NCBI GenBank assembly: GCA_043809315.1
Contig: JAZDDX010000015.1
Coordinates: 1 to 64,000 of the forward strand
Source: Pseudomonadota bacterium
GTDB taxonomy: Bacteria > Bdellovibrionota_G > JALEGL01 > DATDPG01
Reading direction: 5' to 3'
Length of the DNA stretch: 64,000 bases
Shown piece after piece: positions 1-8,055 of this stretch (within the stretch, counting starts at the first letter, position 1; each line of letters opens with the position of its first letter). A program made the translations under genes and the position numbers. Under the pieces are notes generated by a model. That model was not told the origin of the DNA, made no database searches, and was given only the letters and a program-made list of their open reading frames with translations.

Positions 1-537
1 ACTACGAAATTCTCTGAGAAGTCTCGACCTGTGCGCCAGATAACGGTCGATGAAGTCCTTGGCACCAAGAAGGCCTATTGATTTCTGGTGTCCCGCTAAC
101 TTGCGTTTGATTTCGACATAACATGCCTCCAAGTAGGCATGGCAGAGAGCCTCGTAGCGGGTCCTTGTCCGCAGGCCAGTAATAGGCCCATGTTCGGCCA
201 CAAGGTGAGCCATGCAGTTGGAAATGCCGGTGCGGGCTGATTCTCGTCCAAACTCATCAAACTTGTCGAAATCCTTAAATTGATACTTTTCTCTTTCAAG
301 ACTCACAGAGTCGTAACAAGGGTCGTTTACTGTCGTTCTTGCCGCAAGCTTCCAGAACGTCCGACAAACGCGCCCATACTGAATCTTGAGAGCTTTGGTG
401 CCATCTATGGGGCCGGTTATTGGTGGCTTTGAGCTCGTCTCGTTGAGCTTCAGCAGATCAGCCCGAAGGCGCACGAGCATTTTCCCGTAGTATCGTCGCT
501 GGGCGTCTGGATTTTCTGCCCTGGTCTGTTGGGGCAT
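1..537 (-). CDS. Hypothetical protein, partial (runs off the window edge)
   Basis: Manual translation from ATG at 537 (MPQQTRAENPDAQRRYYGKMLVRLRADLLKL...) is open for 179 codons to position 1. Absent from the ORF track because no stop is in the window. Confidence 0.6.
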   Translation of the reverse strand, partial: MPQQTRAENPDAQRRYYGKMLVRLRADLLKLNETSSKPPITGPIDGTKALKIQYGRVCRTFWKLAARTTVNDPCYDSVSLEREKYQFKDFDKFDEFGRESARTGISNCMAHLVAEHGPITGLRTRTRYEALCHAYLEACYVEIKRKLAGHQKSIGLLGAKDFIDRYLAHRSRLLREFRS

Positions 538-647
538 AGATCAACACCATATATCTCGGAATGTGTGTCAACGACACTTAGTAGTGGCCGTTACTCAGAT
601 GACCAAGATCGGCTTGGGTGGACCAGCGAATGGTTCGCCACTTAAGG

Positions 648-950
648 CTACCGTTCGAGTGTCATCATGAGCTTGATCGCTTTGTCCCATTCCTTCGGGC
701 TAACGGTATCGCCGTTGTAGGGTCCTTTTAGGACCCGAAAAGAGTATCGGAGATTCCTGCAATCCTCTCCTTTCCCACCAATAGCAACGATAGGGTAGAG
801 GGTGTCGGCAGCCTTTGAGATTTCCATCCTGTTTGCACCTGCCTCGATTGTTGCGCCCATGCCAAGCCTAACCTGCGTGCAGACGGTATTTTCTCCCGCA
901 AAGGCCACACGAGAAGCCACCAAAAGGGAGATCACCAAAACTGTTTTCAT
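648..950 (-). CDS. Small exported hypothetical protein
   Basis: Signal-peptide-like N-terminus MKTVLVISLLVASRVAFA; ATGA overlap with the upstream gene. Confidence 0.7.
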   Translation of the reverse strand: MKTVLVISLLVASRVAFAGENTVCTQVRLGMGATIEAGANRMEISKAADTLYPIVAIGGKGEDCRNLRYSFRVLKGPYNGDTVSPKEWDKAIKLMMTLER

Positions 951-1483
951 TTCACGATCTCCCTTGTTGTGGAATCCGGCGTGACCAGGAACTCGTAGCG
1001 CTTGTCGTGGAGGTTGTCGACCACGTAGACAGTGAATGGGGAAGTCATTTTTTTTGGGACGTCAAATCCTCCAAGATTCCACCAAAGACCATCTCCATGA
1101 GGAACCTCTGGGATGCTTTCTTTCCCATCCTCTCGAAAAAGCGTCTTTCCATTTTGCACGGCTACGACACTAAAATATTTCAGGTTAGCTGCTTCAATAG
1201 AAAGTCGCTCGATGCTAAGCATAAGGAGGCCGCCTTTTGGTATCCACTTCTTCTCGGCGGCGGTTTTGGCCTTGTCCCAAAGGTTGAGTTTGGCCTTCGT
1301 GTCTATTTCTGAGGCGATAGAATCGTAGGATCGAAACTCCAACTCTGTTTTGGAGTAACCGCCAGAAGTGGCGGAAACGGCCTGGACTTTCCCGCCTTGG
1401 CTCTCTGCAAATAATGATGATGAATAGCCAAAAGCGACGCATCCAAGCAAAAGAACCAATAGGAAAAGGGGGATGGTCTTCAT
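947..1483 (-). CDS. Exported hypothetical protein, paralog of 1480-2052
   Basis: Hydrophobic N-terminus; C-terminus PKKMTSPFTVYVVDN..YEF.VTPDSTTREIVK shared with its neighbour. Confidence 0.8.
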   Translation of the reverse strand: MKTIPLFLLVLLLGCVAFGYSSSLFAESQGGKVQAVSATSGGYSKTELEFRSYDSIASEIDTKAKLNLWDKAKTAAEKKWIPKGGLLMLSIERLSIEAANLKYFSVVAVQNGKTLFREDGKESIPEVPHGDGLWWNLGGFDVPKKMTSPFTVYVVDNLHDKRYEFLVTPDSTTREIVK

Positions 1484-2052
1484 TTCACGATCTCCCTTGT
1501 TGTGGAATCCGGGGTGACGCGGAACTCGTAACGTTTCTTCTCCAAATTATCGACGACGTAAACTGTGAAGGGAGAGGTCATCTTTTTGGGAATCCCGAAG
1601 GTCTGTAGGTTCCACCACCGGGAGCTTCCGCTTGGCACGTTGGCGATCTTGTCCTTTCCGGCCTCTCGAAATAGTTCTTTCCCGTTCTCCACAATGATCA
1701 CGGTAAAGTTGTCCATATTGGCCGCGTCGATTGTCGGGCGCTCAACGTCCAAAAGAAGCCTTCCGCCCGGGGAAAGACGGTCTTCTTCCTCCTTGGTTTT
1801 CTCATGATTCCAGAAGTTCAACTCCGCCTTCTTTTTGAGTTCGGAAAGAAGGTAATCGTGGGACTGAAATTTGATCCCTGTAATCGAATCGCTGTAGTCG
1901 TTGTGACGGTCATATTCGACCGTGCCCCCGTGGCTCAGTAGTTCCGGTGGCATTGGAACACATCCAATCAAAAGGGCGACCAACAGAAGAGCACCTTTCC
2001 TTGAGACGAATTTGGGAGGAGAGAGGGGCACAACAAGGAGACTCTTTTTCAT
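1480..2052 (-). CDS. Putative lipoprotein, paralog of 947-1483
   Basis: Lipobox LLIGC; GGAGA SD upstream; shared C-terminal domain. Confidence 0.8.
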   Translation of the reverse strand: MKKSLLVVPLSPPKFVSRKGALLLVALLIGCVPMPPELLSHGGTVEYDRHNDYSDSITGIKFQSHDYLLSELKKKAELNFWNHEKTKEEEDRLSPGGRLLLDVERPTIDAANMDNFTVIIVENGKELFREAGKDKIANVPSGSSRWWNLQTFGIPKKMTSPFTVYVVDNLEKKRYEFRVTPDSTTREIVK

Positions 2053-2128
2053 GGGCTGTTCTCCGGTTGAATTTTGGCGGGATTCAATGGTGATCGACCA
2101 GGGACCCTGCGCATAAGGGGGTTTATAG

Positions 2129-2157
2129 TCCGTTATGGCGGAGTCCGCAATCGCGGA
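2129..2157. promoter_or_regulatory. Tandem palindromic operator pair TCCG-N6-CGGA x2
   Basis: TCCGTTATGGCGGA (2129-2142) and TCCGCAATCGCGGA (2144-2157), 15-bp period, just upstream of the XRE gene. Confidence 0.55.
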
Positions 2158-2180
2158 AGGCGTCTAGGCTTCTTGCTGTA

Positions 2181-2408
2181 GTGCCTTCTGAGATACGAAA
2201 AACTCTGGCGAAGAATATCCGGCGGATCGCCATGGCAAAAAAAATGTCAATCAACGCGTTGGCAGACTTTGCCGACGTATCTCGCTCCCAACTTTATGAC
2301 ATACTCAGCTCAAGGAAGGGCGCTACAGTGGATTGGATCGAAAAGATTGCCGATGCCCTTGAGGTTTCTGTGGCCGATCTGTTCGTCATGGACCAGCGCC
2401 GGAAATGA
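2181..2408 (+). CDS. XRE-family HTH transcriptional regulator (C-protein-like size)
   Basis: LAKNIRRI..MSINALADFADVSRSQLYDI..ATVDWIEKIADALEVSVADLF is a typical HTH_3 pattern; 75 aa. Confidence 0.85.
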   Translation: MPSEIRKTLAKNIRRIAMAKKMSINALADFADVSRSQLYDILSSRKGATVDWIEKIADALEVSVADLFVMDQRRK

Positions 2409-2530
2409 CATGCGAGACATTGTGACCAATGCCGGACATCGGTATCTCGCTTCAACCGTGGCTGGTTAAAGAGTCTTCAAAGGACGTACAATCAAAGAGA
2501 GCGTTATCAGCCATAAAGCAGCGATGGATA

Positions 2531-3019
2531 ATGGCCAAGGGTAAGAAGACAGGTGGTAGGAATTTTCCGCAAGGGGTCTCACCTAATCCTGGCGGGCGGT
2601 CTCCTTTGCCTCAGGACCTAAAAGAAGCTCGCTCATCGAATAGGATTGAACTTGAGCGCACCTCCTACGGTTACTTGAAGATGAGCCTCAGCGAATTGAG
2701 GAAGCACGCCCGAGACGAGACTGCGCCAACATTTGATCTTTTGGTGGCACGGTTCATTTTAAAGGCAGTCGAAAACGCGGATCACCACCGTTTTGCATTG
2801 ATAATCGACCGGCTTACCAAGACAGCAAACTCAAAACAGAAACCTTCTGAATTGGAGGAGGAAGACATAGAGCGACGGCGGAAAGCCATGCAGACCATTC
2901 TGGCAGATCCAGAACTTCGTGGCCCAGCAACCAAGATTGCGCGTCTTCTTTATGGCTCGGATAACCAGGAAGGGTCCACAAGCGATAGGGAACTCGATAT
3001 GGTGCGCACTTCACGCTAG
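2531..3019 (+). CDS. DUF5681-like / phage terminase small subunit-like protein
   Basis: N-terminal KGKKTGGRNFPQGVSPNPGGR resembles the F..G.SGNP.GRP motif; helical C-terminus. Start re-picked at ATG 2531. Confidence 0.55.
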   Translation: MAKGKKTGGRNFPQGVSPNPGGRSPLPQDLKEARSSNRIELERTSYGYLKMSLSELRKHARDETAPTFDLLVARFILKAVENADHHRFALIIDRLTKTANSKQKPSELEEEDIERRRKAMQTILADPELRGPATKIARLLYGSDNQEGSTSDRELDMVRTSR

Positions 3020-3221
3020 GTCAGGCGCGGAATTCGTTCAGGTTGGTAGATTCCTCTTTGGTGACCAAAACGTGCCCAACGCAACGCGTTTGCGAGAGCC
3101 GTTTCATTTCTTCGGTTTATCGCTCTTTCCGCCACCGTTGCCGCTACCAGGTTCCGGTTGCGCTGTGTCGCAATGTTTCTTGGCAACACTCGACGTTTGC
3201 ACATCTTCGTGCCGGGTTCGT

Positions 3222-3267
3222 TCTCCAAAACCGGGGGTTGCAGGTTCGATTCCTGTCGCCCCTGCCA
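3222..3267 (+). tRNA. 3' fragment of tRNA-Trp(CCA), att-site duplicate, not a complete tRNA
   Basis: TCTCCAAAACCGGGGGTTGCAGGTTCGATTCCTGTCGCCCCTGCCA: anticodon loop with CCA, T-arm GGTTCGATTCC, acceptor 3' strand and CCA end. No AGGGGC 5' strand or D-arm upstream. Confidence 0.85.
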
Positions 3268-3375
3268 GCTGTTCCGAATCGAAGAAAAGATTTCACCAAA
3301 CTTCAAGAAGTGCTGATTTTTCAGCGATCTTCGGCCGGTACCCGCGAAAAAAGCATGTCTCTTCAAATACTTTCC

Positions 3376-3392
3376 CTGGCACGGTTGATGCT
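3376..3392 (+). promoter_or_regulatory. sigma54 -24/-12 promoter
   Basis: CTGGCACGGTTGATGCT, 13 nt before ATG 3406. Confidence 0.7.
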
Positions 3393-3405
3393 GCAACCAA
3401 CTCCT

Positions 3406-5733
3406 ATGAAACGACTTCCGGCCATCTTTCGGCAACTCCTCGGCTCTGTAACCCCCCTTCTTGTGACGGTTCTAGTCGCTTGCGGAGCCAACAATCTCGA
3501 TCTTGCGACTCAGGAGAGCCTGACGTCGGATGCGGGGAGTATCGCCCAGTGCGCCTCCCTTCCAGCTTCGGCGCTTATCGGCCTTGTAATCTGCGGCGGA
3601 AGGGGCGGTGGAGGTATCTTGGATCCGAACGTACCGGTCGGGACAGCCGCGGCGAACCGAGATCCCGGCGGCATTCCGTTCGAAGAGATGAAGATCACCT
3701 GGACCTATCCAGCGGGCGATCGGACCGGAGTCAATTTCGAAATTCAACGATGGCAGGGCAAGTGGTTCATCACGCTCGCCACGAACACAGCCGATCCCAA
3801 ACTGTACTACGACCGGAATCTCGCTCCGGGAACGACGTACACTTATCGAATCAATGCCATCGATGCGAACGGCAATACGTATTCCGACTATTTCAGTGGA
3901 AGTACTCTGCTCGCCAGCGGTTCTCCCAATGCCCCCGCGTATCTGACGGGAACGTCTGTGCCGAGCCCTCTGGCGATTGATCTGACTTGGGTGGACCAGA
4001 GCAGCAACGAGACCAACTTCCTGATCGAGCGATCCGTGGATCAAGGAACTTTCGCCCTACTGATCCCGGCTCCGGGGCTGGCGGCAAATATCGTGAGCTA
4101 TCGAGACACCGCGATTTCGTACAACCACACCTATTCGTATCGGGTGTATGCGAAGAACGCGGCCGGTCGGTCCCCGAACTCGAACGAGGTGACGGTGGCC
4201 ATTGGGGCCGAGCCGGCACCGGCGGCTCCGTCGGGGCTGGTGAGCACGTTTGTCTCGGCGACGCAGGTAACGCTTCAGTTCATGGACAATGCCACGAACG
4301 AGGACAGTTTCGAGGTGCAGCGGAAGCCGTCGGGAGGTTCATTCGACGCGATTCAGACGCTTTCGGCTCAGACGGGAACCGGGACGGTGACCGTGCAGGA
4401 CATGTCGGTCTCCGCGGGAACGAATTACGTCTATCGGGTTCTGGCGAAGAAAGGGGCTCTCTTCTCCATCTCCAACGAACTCCCCGTCAGCACGCCGTCG
4501 GCCGCATGTGATTCGAACGGCACTCCGTTCGGTGGCGGGGCCGGGGATCTCGGCAATCCGTATCAGATCTGCAGCCCCGATCAGCTCAACCGGATTCGCG
4601 GGGCCTACCTCTCGAGTTCCTTCAAGCTCGAGGCACCCATCGATCTTCAAAACCAGGCATGGACGCCGATCGGAAGCGACAGCACGCCGTTCTCCGGGAC
4701 CTTCGACGGCAACGGCAAAACGATCAGCAATCTGAGCTGGAATCAGCCGGGGGATGCCGACGGAGGTCTCTTTGGAGCGATTTATGGTGATGTTCTTTCT
4801 GGTGGAGTCAAGAATGTAACGCTGGAGAACGTGACGATCGCCGGAAGCAACTGCACCAGCACGAAGTCGGTTGGCGCGCTGGCCGGTATTGTGAATTCCG
4901 ACGTGACGAACTGCAAGGCGATCAATGTGAATATCACCAAGAACTACGGTTGTTATGTTGGCGGCCTGGTCGGCCGCTCGGATGGTTGGGAAATCAGTGA
5001 GTCGTACGCGACGGGCGTGGTGTCCGTTGCCCCCTCTTCAGTCTCGGCGGCCTCAAGGGCTGTAAGCTCAGAGGACGGAACCATCACGGTGTCGGGTCTG
5101 ACTGCACCGAATTTCGGGTCCGTCGGCGGCCTGGTCGGCTTCTTGAATGATGGAGCAAGAATCAGCGATTCGTATGCGACAGACGCGGTGTCGGGTGGCT
5201 CCTCCGTCGGTGGGTTGGTCGGCAAATTGTATTATGGAACGATCTTGCACTCGCACGCGACGGGCGCCGTGTCGGGTACCTATTCGATCGGCGGGCTGGT
5301 TGGCTACGTATTTGGAGACGAAACGATCGGCTACTCGTACGCGACGGGCGCCGTGTCGGGTACCTATACGATCGGCGGGCTGGTCGGCTCCTTGTCTGGA
5401 ATTGTCGCCAACACGTATGCGACGGGCAAGGTGACGAGTTCTGGCGGTGACGTCGGCGGGCTGGTCGGCTTCGTGTCTGGCGCATGGATCTACAAATCGC
5501 ACGCGGTGGGCGCGGTATCTGGTGCCTCCTCCGTCGGCGGGCTGGTCGGCCGGGCGACTGGTGGAACGGCCGAAAACTCATACTGGAACATGACCACGAG
5601 CGGGCAGAACGGCAGCGCTTTGGGCGACCGAAAAGACGACACGCAAATGAAAACCGTGAGCACGTTTGTCGGTTGGGACTTTGGAAGAATTTGGTGGATG
5701 CCTGCGAACGACTACCCGAAGCTTCAATACTAA
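3406..5733 (+). CDS. Surface lipoprotein with FN3 domains and GLUG repeats (paralog 1)
   Basis: Lipobox LVAC; FN3 motifs (LTWVDQSSNETNFLIERS..YSYRVYAKN); repeated GGLVG..SYATGAV. Start re-picked at MKRLPAIF by homology to paralogs 2 and 3. Confidence 0.9.
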   Translation: MKRLPAIFRQLLGSVTPLLVTVLVACGANNLDLATQESLTSDAGSIAQCASLPASALIGLVICGGRGGGGILDPNVPVGTAAANRDPGGIPFEEMKITWTYPAGDRTGVNFEIQRWQGKWFITLATNTADPKLYYDRNLAPGTTYTYRINAIDANGNTYSDYFSGSTLLASGSPNAPAYLTGTSVPSPLAIDLTWVDQSSNETNFLIERSVDQGTFALLIPAPGLAANIVSYRDTAISYNHTYSYRVYAKNAAGRSPNSNEVTVAIGAEPAPAAPSGLVSTFVSATQVTLQFMDNATNEDSFEVQRKPSGGSFDAIQTLSAQTGTGTVTVQDMSVSAGTNYVYRVLAKKGALFSISNELPVSTPSAACDSNGTPFGGGAGDLGNPYQICSPDQLNRIRGAYLSSSFKLEAPIDLQNQAWTPIGSDSTPFSGTFDGNGKTISNLSWNQPGDADGGLFGAIYGDVLSGGVKNVTLENVTIAGSNCTSTKSVGALAGIVNSDVTNCKAINVNITKNYGCYVGGLVGRSDGWEISESYATGVVSVAPSSVSAASRAVSSEDGTITVSGLTAPNFGSVGGLVGFLNDGARISDSYATDAVSGGSSVGGLVGKLYYGTILHSHATGAVSGTYSIGGLVGYVFGDETIGYSYATGAVSGTYTIGGLVGSLSGIVANTYATGKVTSSGGDVGGLVGFVSGAWIYKSHAVGAVSGASSVGGLVGRATGGTAENSYWNMTTSGQNGSALGDRKDDTQMKTVSTFVGWDFGRIWWMPANDYPKLQY

Positions 5734-5824
5734 GGGCTCCGCAAAGCTCTCAATGAGGTGCTGATTATTCAGCAGGCTTCGTTGTAGTCCGGCCCCAAAA
5801 AACATGTGTCTTCAAGCACTTCCG

Positions 5825-5841
5825 TTGGCATGTCCTTTGCT
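5825..5841 (+). promoter_or_regulatory. sigma54 -24/-12 promoter
   Basis: TTGGCATGTCCTTTGCT, 12 nt before ATG 5854. Confidence 0.8.
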
Positions 5842-5853
5842 GACTTAGCGGGT

Positions 5854-7956
5854 ATGAAACGATTTCCGGCCATCCTTCGGCAACTCGTCGGTTCCGTAAC
5901 CCCCCTTTTTGTGACGGTTCTAGTCGCATGCGGAGCGAATAACCTCGATCTGGCGAGTCAGGGGAGCCTGACATCGGATGCGGACGCGATCGCTCAATGC
6001 GCACCCCCCATACTTGCCGCCCTGACCGGCCTTGTAACCTGCGGCGGAGGGGGTGTTAGAGTTGTCCTGAATCCGAACAAACCGGTCGGGACAGCCGCTG
6101 CGAATCGAGATGCAGGCGGCATTCCGTTCGAGGAGATGAAGATCACCTGGACCTATCCAGCGGGCGATCGGACCGGAGTCAATTTCGAAATTCAACGATG
6201 GCAGGGCACGTCGTTCATCACACTCGCCACGAACACAGCCGATCCCAAGCTCTACTACGATCGAAATCTCGCTCCGGGAACGATGTACACCTATCGAATC
6301 AACGCCATCGACGCCAACGGCAATACGTATTCTGACAATTTCAGTGGAGCCACGCTGGTTGCCACCGGTTCCCCGAGTGCTCCCGCGTATCTGACCTACG
6401 TACTAGTGCCGAGTCCTCTGGCGATTGATCTGACTTGGGTGGATCAGAGCAGCAACGAAACCAACTTCCTGATCGAACGCTCCGTGGACGGGTTGGCCTT
6501 CGCCTTGTTGACTCCGGCTCCGGGGCTGGCAGCCAACATCGTTACGTACCGAGACACCGCCCTTTCCTACAACCATAGCTATTCGTATCGGGTGTACGCG
6601 AAGAACGCGGCCGGCCGCTCCCCGAACTCGAACGAGGTGACGGTGGCCATCGGATCGGCGCCGATTCCCGCAGCTCCATCGGCGTTGGTCAGCACGTTTG
6701 TATCAGCGACGCAGATCACGCTTCAATTCAACGACAACTCGACGAACGAGGACAGTTTCGTGGTGCAGCGGAAGATCGTTCCTCCCTCTCCGACCCCTGA
6801 GCCGGCGTTTAGCGACCTCCAAACGTTGTCGGCCCATCCGGGAACCGGAAGTGTGACGTTCGCTGACACTTCCGTTGCGGCGGGAACGACCTACAAATAT
6901 CGGGTTCTGGCGAAGAACGGCACGTTGTTTTCGAGTCCCTCCAACGAACTCACCGTCAGCACGCCCGACATGGGGACGTGCGTTTCGGCAGCGACGCCGT
7001 TCGGCAATGGAGATGGCAGCGCGGCCTATCCTTTCCTGATCTGCAGCCCGAACCAACTGGACCAGGTTCGCAACTACTCCGACAAACACTTTAAAATGAC
7101 GGCGGATGTTGACATGAGTTATCCGAGTTACACGGGGACGTTCCTGCCGATCCCATTGTTCACAGGGCGCTTCAACGGAAACGGGAAACGGATCCTGAAG
7201 CTCAGACAGTATTTGTCTCTAACCACCCTGACGGGGGGCCTCTTCGGCGTTGCCCAGGGCGCCGTCATCGAGAACGTGAACTTGGAAGACGCCCAAATTA
7301 GCGGTTACAGTCTGAGCTATACGGAAATCGGTTTTGTCGGTCCCCTGGTAGGGGAGGCGAGGGCAAATACCTCGATCGTAAATTCGCATGCCATGGGAGG
7401 CTCGACGTACGTCTCGCTGGTTCCCCATCTTGGGTGGCGCATCGGCGGCCTTGTGGGCCTGCTTACGGGGAATTCATCGATCGAACGTTCTCACTCGACC
7501 GTGGCCATTTGGGCGGCGGATCAGGCCGTTGTCGGTGGCCTGGTCGGTCGGCAGGAAAACAGCTCGATCTCGAACTCGTACGCGTCCGGTGAAATTCGGA
7601 AACAAATTATTGTGTGCTGGGACTGCAGCCAGCTCCCGGACGCTTCCGTCGTCGGGGGCTTGGTCGGAGCGGTTACCGGAAGCACGATTTCAAACTCCTA
7701 CGCGACGGGTTTCGTGTGGCTTCCGGCGACGTATCAAGGGGGGTTGGTGGGAGCGGCGGATACATCCTCAGCCCCGAATTCATTCTGGAACGTCGACATG
7801 ACCTATCTGTCCAGCAGTGCGCTGGGCCTGCCGAAATCCGACAGCGCCATGAAGTTGCAGGGGACGTTCGATCCTCCGTGGGACTTCAGGCCTTCCATAG
7901 GCATCTGGAAGATGCCGACAGCCGGGTCACTTTATCCTTACGCGGTGCACCAGTAA
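5854..7956 (+). CDS. Surface lipoprotein with FN3 domains and GLUG repeats (paralog 2)
   Basis: Same lipobox/FN3 N-terminus; shorter, divergent GLUG region. Confidence 0.9.
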   Translation: MKRFPAILRQLVGSVTPLFVTVLVACGANNLDLASQGSLTSDADAIAQCAPPILAALTGLVTCGGGGVRVVLNPNKPVGTAAANRDAGGIPFEEMKITWTYPAGDRTGVNFEIQRWQGTSFITLATNTADPKLYYDRNLAPGTMYTYRINAIDANGNTYSDNFSGATLVATGSPSAPAYLTYVLVPSPLAIDLTWVDQSSNETNFLIERSVDGLAFALLTPAPGLAANIVTYRDTALSYNHSYSYRVYAKNAAGRSPNSNEVTVAIGSAPIPAAPSALVSTFVSATQITLQFNDNSTNEDSFVVQRKIVPPSPTPEPAFSDLQTLSAHPGTGSVTFADTSVAAGTTYKYRVLAKNGTLFSSPSNELTVSTPDMGTCVSAATPFGNGDGSAAYPFLICSPNQLDQVRNYSDKHFKMTADVDMSYPSYTGTFLPIPLFTGRFNGNGKRILKLRQYLSLTTLTGGLFGVAQGAVIENVNLEDAQISGYSLSYTEIGFVGPLVGEARANTSIVNSHAMGGSTYVSLVPHLGWRIGGLVGLLTGNSSIERSHSTVAIWAADQAVVGGLVGRQENSSISNSYASGEIRKQIIVCWDCSQLPDASVVGGLVGAVTGSTISNSYATGFVWLPATYQGGLVGAADTSSAPNSFWNVDMTYLSSSALGLPKSDSAMKLQGTFDPPWDFRPSIGIWKMPTAGSLYPYAVHQ

Positions 7957-8026
7957 GAGGTGCCGAATATTCGGCGGATTTGGGTTGAGGCCCGCTGAAA
8001 AAATCCTGTGTCTCCAAGCGCTTCGG

Positions 8027-8043
8027 TTGGCATGTCCTTTGCT
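8027..8043 (+). promoter_or_regulatory. sigma54 -24/-12 promoter
   Basis: TTGGCATGTCCTTTGCT, 12 nt before ATG 8056. Confidence 0.8.
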
Positions 8044-8055
8044 GATTTAGCGGGC

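Larger units (their letters stand above)
1..3267. mobile_element. Right-hand part of an integrated element (prophage remnant/genomic island) inserted at tRNA-Trp; extends off the left edge
   Basis: Ends in a tRNA-Trp 3' fragment. Contains an XRE regulator, a DUF5681/terminase-small-like ORF and orphan exported proteins. Visibly more AT-rich than the core genes. No integrase inside the window. Confidence 0.65.

Noticed and set aside
3190-3267. Complete tRNA-Trp gene
   Set aside because: No 5' acceptor strand or D-arm; only the 3' part is present.
3043-3405. 121-codon N-terminal extension of the first GLUG ORF
   Set aside because: Runs through the tRNA fragment and sigma54 promoter; the paralogs begin at MKR.
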